From Octopus vulgaris (taxonomy: Eukaryota): a stretch of DNA of 64,000 nt. The notes beneath the pieces are model-generated. The model saw only the letters and a list, made by a program, of their open reading frames with translations, searched no databases and was not told the origin of the DNA. Below, piece after piece: positions 56,050 to 64,000 of the stretch; the stretch's first letter is position 1, and every line of letters begins with the position of its first letter. The stretch is taken from the NCBI GenBank assembly GCA_951406725.2, contig OX597820.1:63674001-63738000 (forward strand). Direction: 5' to 3'. The position numbers and the translations under genes are program-made.

Positions 56050-56479
56050 CACATACATACATATATATATATATATATATGTGTATATATATGTATATCT
56101 ATCTATCTATCTATATATGTATTATGTATGTATATATATATATACACACACACGCACAAACACACAGTCAATATTTTAAGTGGGATACCACTTTATGTAC
56201 GGATGTACCTGACGTGACCGAGATTGCAAAATCGATGCGACGCAATCTAATGTGCATCATCCCACACATAAAGGACAGTCATAGGCTTGGTCGAGATGAT
56301 CATTGTATGGTGTAACCCATCTTCTATTTCTTAGCAAACCCTATTTCTCTCTCATCCGAAGGTGGCAACGGCGATCGTCAGACAAATTTCACACAACAAA
56401 TATATATATAAATATAGACATATATATATATACACACACACAAACACACAACACACACATGGTTTACGCAAAGCTATTC

Positions 56480-59400
56480 CTCGTTTGAAAATCATGGTGT
56501 CAGGTCTAATAGTTCCCGAGAAAAAAGATTATTTGTAAGGGAGATAAGTAGAGATTGTTCTGGATTATTTGTAAGGGAGATAAGTAGAGATGTGAGTGGT
56601 GTAGGACGTGTATAGGGTTTAGTGGTTTCAATTGAAGAGTTAGTGGTGTTCTGTATTGAGTTGTCAGTCCATATTTAGTTGGGAGAGAAATTTATTGACG
56701 AAAAATGCATTTTTATTCAACCTTTTTTGCATTCTGGTGTTCTGTGAACATTAGTAAGAGGTCAATATTTGGAAATTGGGATTAAGATTCCTGGCACACC
56801 TTTCTATATGTTCACTCACCTTTAACTGTCTGTATTGTGGGTGACGGATTTGCTCTTTGTGAATGGTGATTCTTTGACGGAGCGAAATTCCTGTGTGTCC
56901 AATATAGAGTTTACCACATCCTATGCATGTCATGACATAGGATGAGGCGCAGGTGAAATTTGATTTGATCTTCAATATTTCTCCTTGTTTGAATTGGAAT
57001 TCTGAGCCCTCCAGAAGGTGGGGGCATGTTCCACAGTTAGAAAGTCTACATTTTGTCACTTTTGGCTCTGTTGTTAGTGGATACAGTCTAGCGCTGGTTA
57101 ATATTTTTTTCAGTGACTTCGCTTGCTTTTTGCTTTTTATAATTTTATATAAGCTTAAAATTTCGTTCATTGTTTTGTCTGCTGTGAGGATGAGAAGGTT
57201 TTGGATGATGATGTTGAAGGCATCGTTGTTTCTAGGGTTATGTGTGGAAATGTACGGGAATATTTTAAGTCTTGTTTAGTATCTCGGCTAGTTTTCCTTA
57301 ACATTTGTATATCTATTTCCTTAGTTCTTTTGATGCCTTCATTTATTAATGAGATTGGGTAATGTCTTTTAGTTAGTGTAGATCTAAGTTCAAGGAGTCT
57401 ATGTTCTCGAGTGTATGTATCGGAAACTATGGTGCAGATTCTTTTTGCTAGGTTAAAGGGTATGTTGATTTTTATGTGTTTGGGGTGGCAGGAGTTAAAT
57501 AATAGGCATTGTTTAGAATCTGTGGGTTTATAAAAGATGTCTGTTTCTATGTGGTTGTTAACTATTCTACTTAAGATGTCTAGAAAAGGGAGTTGCTTAC
57601 TGATGTTTTCCATAGTGATTTGTATGTTGCTGTGTATGTTGTTGAGCATTCTTTTGAAATCAAGGAGTTGATCCATGCTGTCTTTCCAAAGTATGAAGCA
57701 ATCATCTAAATATCTCTTCCAGTTCTCTTTTAAGTAGCAATTACAAGCGGCGCCATATTTTTCTAGTGATGATTGGTATAACTTGAGTTCGTGGTAACCA
57801 ATTACGAGGTTTGCAATCACTGGAGCAGCTCTGGTTCCCATTGCAATACCGCATTTTTTTCGATAGTAAGTAGTATCGAACAAGAAGTGATTGTTCAGCA
57901 GGACGAATTTCAGTGCTTCAATTATAAAATTGTGGTTAATTCGTACTGGGATCTCTTCTGGGTATTTTTCTAGCCAAAATGTGATGGCTTCTATACCATA
58001 GTCGTGTGGGATATTGGTGTATAGATTCACCACATCGAAAGATACCAGTAGTGTTCCGTCCCTTACTGACTTTGGGGGGGGGGGGGTCATCATGTCTAGG
58101 TCATCCCTGGTAAAGCTTTTCACATATTTTAAAAGAGGTTTGAGTAATATGTCGAGGAAGTTGCTCAAACGGTGGGTTTCACAAGAAGGGCCAGCTATGA
58201 TGGGTCTGAGTTTGAGGTCAGTAGAGGCATTGCAAGCTTCATAAATGAGTGGATTTTTATGTATTTTGTGTAATCCGTAGAATAGACTAGGACTGTATTT
58301 GAAATTGGATAAATAGTCTATTTCATATGTTGTCAGACCCTTTACATGAATTTGGAGTAAGGAGGATAAGTTTTTCAGTGTTTTCTCTGGGTTGTAATAT
58401 GTTAGTTTCTCATAGTATTATTTTCCAACATGGAAAGTATTAAATTTTTGTAGTACTCTCTATCCATCAATACTACCGCACTTCCATTGTCGGCTTCTTT
58501 AATAGTGAGGTTTATGTCATTTTTTAGCTCGACAAGGTCTTTCCATTCATTCAAATTAAGGTTGGATTTCATATGTTGTTTTGGAATGGTATTGTAAGGA
58601 AAACAAGTTATATGATCACAGAAAACATCAAGTGCTTTCTTTATACCTTTTGTTGGATGGTACTCACTTTTGTTTTTCACTATTGAATCATCTTCACTGG
58701 TGTAGTTGTAAAGAGCTTCTGTGAGGCGTAATTTTCGGCAGAAGTCCAAAGTATTGTCCCTAATTTCATTTGGGTTCGATCTGCGTGGCGTAGGGATAAA
58801 TTGCTAGGATTTTGATTTGTATAGAACTCAAGGTTTTCTTGGACAGCCTGATTATTTTCGGTTGGACTTGTTTATTTGTTTCCATTTCACATCTCTGTTT
58901 CTCTGGTTTGCGTCTAAAAATGGTTGTAGTATGTGGATTGTAGTGGAAGGTCTGTATTTTGTTTGGTTTGCTGAGGAAAAGGTGGGTGTAAAGTGTGTCT
59001 ATGGTAGTATGTTTGTGGTGGAGTGGTTGTGTAGTGTACTGGATTATGGTTGTACTGAGGGTTGTTATATCGTCTGTGGCTAATGTAGTTTGGGTTTTAA
59101 TTGATCTGTGGTTTGTGTTTAATACACGTGGGGTCATTTCTGTGGCTGCGTTTGGTTTATTTTTCTTCAGGAAGGGGTTATCCGATGCGTTTTCTATGTT
59201 AAACTGAGTTTCGTAGTTATTAAAGAAATTGGCTTGTTTATCCCAGCGTTGTAAGGAGTTAGTTTCTTAATCCATGCAAGTTGTTTTCCGTAGTTTAAAA
59301 ACACTTTCCAAGCAGGGACCGTCCGTAAGTTTATTTAATTCGTTGTAAATCTCCTCATCCATGTTTTTAACTTTTTGTTCATTGCTTAGTGCTCTAAGCT

Positions 59401-60000
59401 TAAGGAGTTCTATTTCTGCCTTTATTTTTTCCAGTGTAAGTTTCTCTCTTAATTGTTTTTGTTGATCCTCCTCGTTCGGAATACGCTTAATTTGGAATTT
59501 GCGAGGCAAAATTATTGGTGTAGAATTTAGCCAGCGTTCGTAGATTTCTGCCTTGTGATTATTTTTAATCGTATTCCAGAAAGTAAATTTTCTGGCTTTA
59601 AGTTTCTCATTCCATATGTGGATAATGCGGTTTTTAATAGAAAGTGTAAGTGTGGAGGGATTGCTGTCTTGTGTATCATCTATAGGGGGATTTTCATTTA
59701 GAAAATTGTTATGAGGTAAAGAGTGAAGACTGGTGCATAATTCAGACAAATGGTGATTGAGTTGTTCCAGAGGATGTTCTTTCTCTTCTTTTCCTTTTGC
59801 CTCTTGTGTAAACCAAGTTAGTTCATCGATCTTGCTAATTAAAAGTCTCAAATTTGTGCTAATCTCTTTCAGTTCTTTAAGGGTCTCTTCGTTGAGAGTT
59901 TTTGCTGCAGAGTTTGAATTTTGCGGCATTTTCGAGCACACGTGTAGTGAAATATAGTAGAAATATGTTACAAAAAGAAAATATAAAATACACGTGGAAA
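56480..60000 (-). mobile_element. Near full-length Penelope-like retroelement, Neptune-type (RT + Cys linker + C-terminal GIY-YIG), frameshifted
   Basis: Successive minus-strand ORFs 59941-59267, 58749-58402 (TIKEADNGSAVVLMDREYY), 58168-57167 (SFDVVNLYTNIP, GIAMGTRAAP, WKRYLDDCF, LPFLDI, FYKPTD) and 57170-56751 (CRLSNCGTC linker, YVMTCIGCGKLYIGHTG..LRQR). Confidence 0.93.
56527..56591. repeat. 36-bp-period tandem duplication in the PLE 3' region
   Basis: gattatttgtaagggagataagtagagat at 56527 and 56563. Confidence 0.9.
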
Positions 60001-60117
60001 TATATGGGTAAAATATGAAAAATCAACGAAAATGCACATTGCAAATAAAAAAGGCTATTTATGACAGGTAACGACAAATATATACATTTAGATTGACTGA
60101 GGTAGTAATACGAGTAG

Positions 60118-60233
<116 letters not shown>

Positions 60234-60314
60234 CATATGTATATGTATATATATCTGTGTGTGTGTGTGTGTGAATTTGTGTGCGTATGTATGTGTGTTT
60301 GTATGTATAGATAA

Positions 60315-60460
60315 AAAATTTCTTTCAGTTTCCTTCTACGAAATCCATTGACAAGGTTTTGATCTGCTTCGTATTATAGTAGAATAGAGTGGCCCAAGGT
60401 GCCACGAAGTGGGGTTGACCCCGAAGCCATGTGTTAGAGAATCAAACTTCTGCCACACAC
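60315..60460 (-). mobile_element. SINE family A, 5' half
   Basis: ttctttcagtttccttctacgaaatccat...gcccaaggtgccacg. Confidence 0.7.
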
Positions 60461-60609
60461 TCATCACTGCAGCAGTGCGTGTGTCTAAACAATTTGATCG
60501 TATTATAGAAACGTTGAGAAATAGGAATATATTTTCTCTTTCACGAAGCTATTCCAATGCAAATGCAGCTATGAATAAGTAACCTCGTAAGATACCTATC
60601 TCCACACAG

Positions 60610-60667
<58 letters not shown>

Positions 60668-60826
60668 GTAAATATTTTTATATACATACACACACGTATA
60701 GGGATATCCACTCAAAAGTCGATATAAATGTACTCATTCATTCATACAAACACACACACGCACACTCACATATGAATATATATGTATATAAATACACACA
60801 CACACACACACACATATATATATCTA

Positions 60827-60870
<44 letters not shown>

Positions 60871-61932
60871 TACATAAGCTAATATGGACAGATAGATATG
60901 ACAGCAGATATGAATATATGAATTATATTATGGAGTGTCTGGTTATATTTTGATGCAAATAAATGTTGATTACTATTCAGCAGACACTAGTGAACTTTTG
61001 AATTCGATTAGCTACATTCGCCATAATCGAATCGTAATATGGCACCTCTTTTTTTGAGGTAGGTTACTTACGTAAATATAATGGAAAAATAATTCCGCAT
61101 GAAGCTTTCAAGTATAAACAATAAACACCAATGTCACAAAATTACGTTAAGACACAAAGAAACAAAGAATCATCACCGTTGTTCCTCCGAGTGCTAGGTT
61201 CCTTTGTTATATCCTATTTTCTAATGATGCATGCTCATAACTGTGTTTCTTTAAATCATAATATTATGTGAATAAGTCTAACGTCAGTGCATTTTTGTGA
61301 AGCAAGAACACCATCGACGCAAAACAACCCTATCGTATAAGATTACTGTAGAAATAACAACTAAACTCCATTCAAACAACAGTTTACCAATTAAAGCAGG
61401 ATAAACATGCATGGAGAATACAGTTTTAAGAAATTTTTTTTGAATTTGATAGGAGATGAGGATGGCTCTGAAATACTTTGATCATATCATATGTTACCTC
61501 ATATGTGTGTGGGCGTGCGCGTGTGTGTGCGTGGGTGTATGTGTATGTGTGTATGTGATTTGCGTGTGTTTTGTGTGTTTGCGTGTATATGTGTGTGTGT
61601 GATTTGTGTGTGCTTGATGTGGGTATGTTTTTGTGAGTGCGTGTGCTTGTGTGCGTATATGTGTTAAATAAGACCAAAGAATGCCAGAAAAAGCTAGGTT
61701 TAGCAAGACCTATAGCAAAGTTGAAACCATAGACATTAGTATCGGAGCTGCACAACTAAGGCATACCCGATGAATGGCAGCAATCTATATATTTCTAGCA
61801 AATTACTGATCATATTACATAGTTGCTGGACGAACTGAAATATCAATAAAATCTCCATTAGGCTACCCACACGACTGCTATCTTTACAAACAAATGCATT
61901 AAATAATTCTGTCCATTATATAGTCAGTTAAA

Positions 61933-62148
61933 GGCGGCGCGGTGACTCAATCGTTAGCACACAGGACAAAAGACGTAGCAGCATTTCATCTGTCATTACA
62001 TTCTGAGTTCAAATTCTTCCGATGCTGAATTTGCCTTTTTTCATCTTGGGGTCGATAAATTAAGTATCAGTTGCGCACTGGGTTTGGTGTGATTGATTAA
62101 TCAACCTCTCACCGAAACTTCAGGCCTTCTACCTATTGTAGAAAGTAT
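61933..62148 (+). mobile_element. SINE family B
   Basis: ggcggcgcgg...aatcgttagcac...ttctgagttcaaattc...ggggtcgataaattaagta. Confidence 0.75.
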
Positions 62149-62160
62149 TATATAATACGT

Positions 62161-62544
62161 AGGAGGCGCAATGGCCCAGTGGTTAGGGCAGCGGACTCGC
62201 GGTCATAGGATCGCGGTTTCGATTCCCAGACCGGGCGTTGTGAGTGTTTATTGAGCGAAAACACCTAAAGCTCCACGAGGCTCCGGCAGGGGATGGTGGT
62301 GATCCCTGCTGTACTCTTTCACCACAACTTTCTCTCACTCTTACTTCCTGTTTCTGTTGTACCTGTATTTCAAAGGGCCGGCCTTGTCACTCTCTGTGTC
62401 ACGCTGAATATCCCCGAGAACTACGTTCAGGGTACACGTGTCTGTGGAGTGCTCAGCCACTTACACGTTAATTTCACGAGCAGGCTGTTCCGTTGATTCA
62501 GTTCAACCGGAACCCTCGTCGTCGTAACCGACGGAGTGCTTCCA
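62161..62544 (+). mobile_element. Full-length tRNA-derived SINE (family C) with 12-bp target-site duplication
   Basis: A box tggcccagtgg, B box ggtttcgattccc; TSD tatataatacgt at 62149-62160 and 62545-62556. Confidence 0.9.
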
Positions 62545-63272
62545 TATATAATACGTCAGAAAAGAAAAGAAAAGAAAAAGAAACAAAGCTCCCTGGTCAT
62601 TTTTGATCATAGATCGATTCGGCTAGACTCAATCTGTTTCAAAACCGCAACAATTGCAATGATGTATATAGGATGAAATCTTTTGTAGGTCTCTTAGCGT
62701 GCTACAAATAGCTATCAAATCTTCATAAAACCAGCTTTATAAAAGCAAAACCATATTAGAACGCCTAAATCGACCGAGAGGAAGCACAAATCCAGTCTAC
62801 TAATCGGCTAGAAATAATACAAACATTCATTAAATCACATGTTAGACTCTTAAAAGAAATCAAGAACGTCTGATGCAGCATTAAGAACGCATAACATACG
62901 AAAAGAATAAGATTGGATAGTCACGGATGAAATGCTTTTGATGATAGTTCTGAAGGAACAACGGCACTAGAAGTGAACCAATAGGACAAATTCAATTCGG
63001 CTATTAACCTTTCCTGAATAGTAGCTAAATGTGTCTCAAATAATAATATACTGTCTTAAAAACGGAAACCTCTATTAGTGAATATACATTATTGAACGAA
63101 GATTGAAATAAAAATTGACGGTTTCGGCTGAAATGCGTTTAGTCATACGAGAGACTATCCTATAAGGGTTAAATAAAAACTAAAAAAATAAGAGTAACAA
63201 TAAGTATGGACATCACCGAAGTTTTATAGTAAAGCACTAAGCAGAAATTATAAAATTTGATTAGTGGCGTCA

Positions 63273-63495
63273 ATGTGATGAACCGGCAAAATCATTAGAT
63301 AATGGGAAAAAAATACGTTGCAGCATTTCTACTGGTTTCTCCGGTTCTGAGTTCAGTTTTCACCGGGGTAAAATTTACTTCTAATCACTTCGGGTTCCAT
63401 AAAGTAACATACCGGCCAAGTACCTTGAGTTGGTGTTATATCCTGAGCTCCATACCTCCAAGTTTTTGGTCTGATGTTTACGCTGAAAACGAATA
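63273..63495 (+). mobile_element. Decayed SINE family B
   Basis: ggcaaaatcattag...gttctgagttcag. Confidence 0.5.
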
Positions 63496-63590
63496 TAATC
63501 AAGCGCACTCCATGTCTGATAAAATTATTTATATTTCTTTTTCTCCAAATACGTCTATATGCGATTAGGAAATTAGACTATTTTCCATGC

Positions 63591-63761
63591 ACAGTTCTAT
63601 ATTTAGGAGATAAGGAATTATATATCTTATTTACATTATTTACATTTGACGGATATTTGTCCTCATCTTGATATACCTTTGATATACCGTCCAGGCTTCA
63701 TCAGGACTCTTGCATAAATTTCGAACCTGGGTTTTCATTCCCAAGGTATTTTTCGATGTTG

Positions 63762-63808
<47 letters not shown>

Positions 63809-63878
63809 ATTACTGTCTGGAATAGAACTCGGAATCTTGGGGTTAGTAGTCCGCGCTCTTAACGACTACGTCATATGC
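63591..63878 (-). mobile_element. tRNA-headed SINE-like element with internal (TAA)n and a broken hammerhead motif
   Basis: Minus strand: tgacgtagtcg (A-box-like), gagttctattcc (B-box-like), (aat)n, then cCTGATGAagcctggacggtatatca and a tail shared with 37149-37255. Confidence 0.7.
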
Positions 63879-64000
63879 ATCAAAACAAGGGTAGAAGTAC
63901 ATCGTAAAGCTGTGACATGAGGAGATATTGATCAATCGGGTATAGCTGGTCATGTATAGAAAAATGGAGATCACCTCCATTAAAGAATTTTAATCACAAC

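Noticed and set aside
62161-62236. tRNA-like sequence
   Set aside because: It is the head of a SINE with a TSD, not a tRNA gene

Overview
AT-rich, repeat-saturated eukaryotic DNA with no host protein-coding gene that I can support; the repeat content suggests an intergenic or intronic stretch of an octopod cephalopod genome (inference). Nearly all listed ORFs are microsatellite translation artefacts. The real coding remnants are transposable elements: a near full-length Neptune-type Penelope-like element (PLE, RT + GIY-YIG, minus strand ~56.5-60.0 kb), a second decayed copy of that family, fragments of another PLE family, several Dong/R4-like non-LTR fragments with a restriction-like endonuclease sitting in (TAA)n tracts, decayed mariner and hAT transposases, MITEs and at least four SINE families. 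Most interesting: (1) several minimal hammerhead-ribozyme motifs, one family of which appears to be part of a tRNA-headed SINE-like element; (2) a ~550-bp non-coding element that co-occupies (TAA)n tracts with young Dong-like copies; (3) a 1.2-kb near-perfect inverted duplication with (TA)n breakpoints; (4) a ~200-bp fully palindromic element. All calls are by eye and boundaries of decayed elements are approximate.
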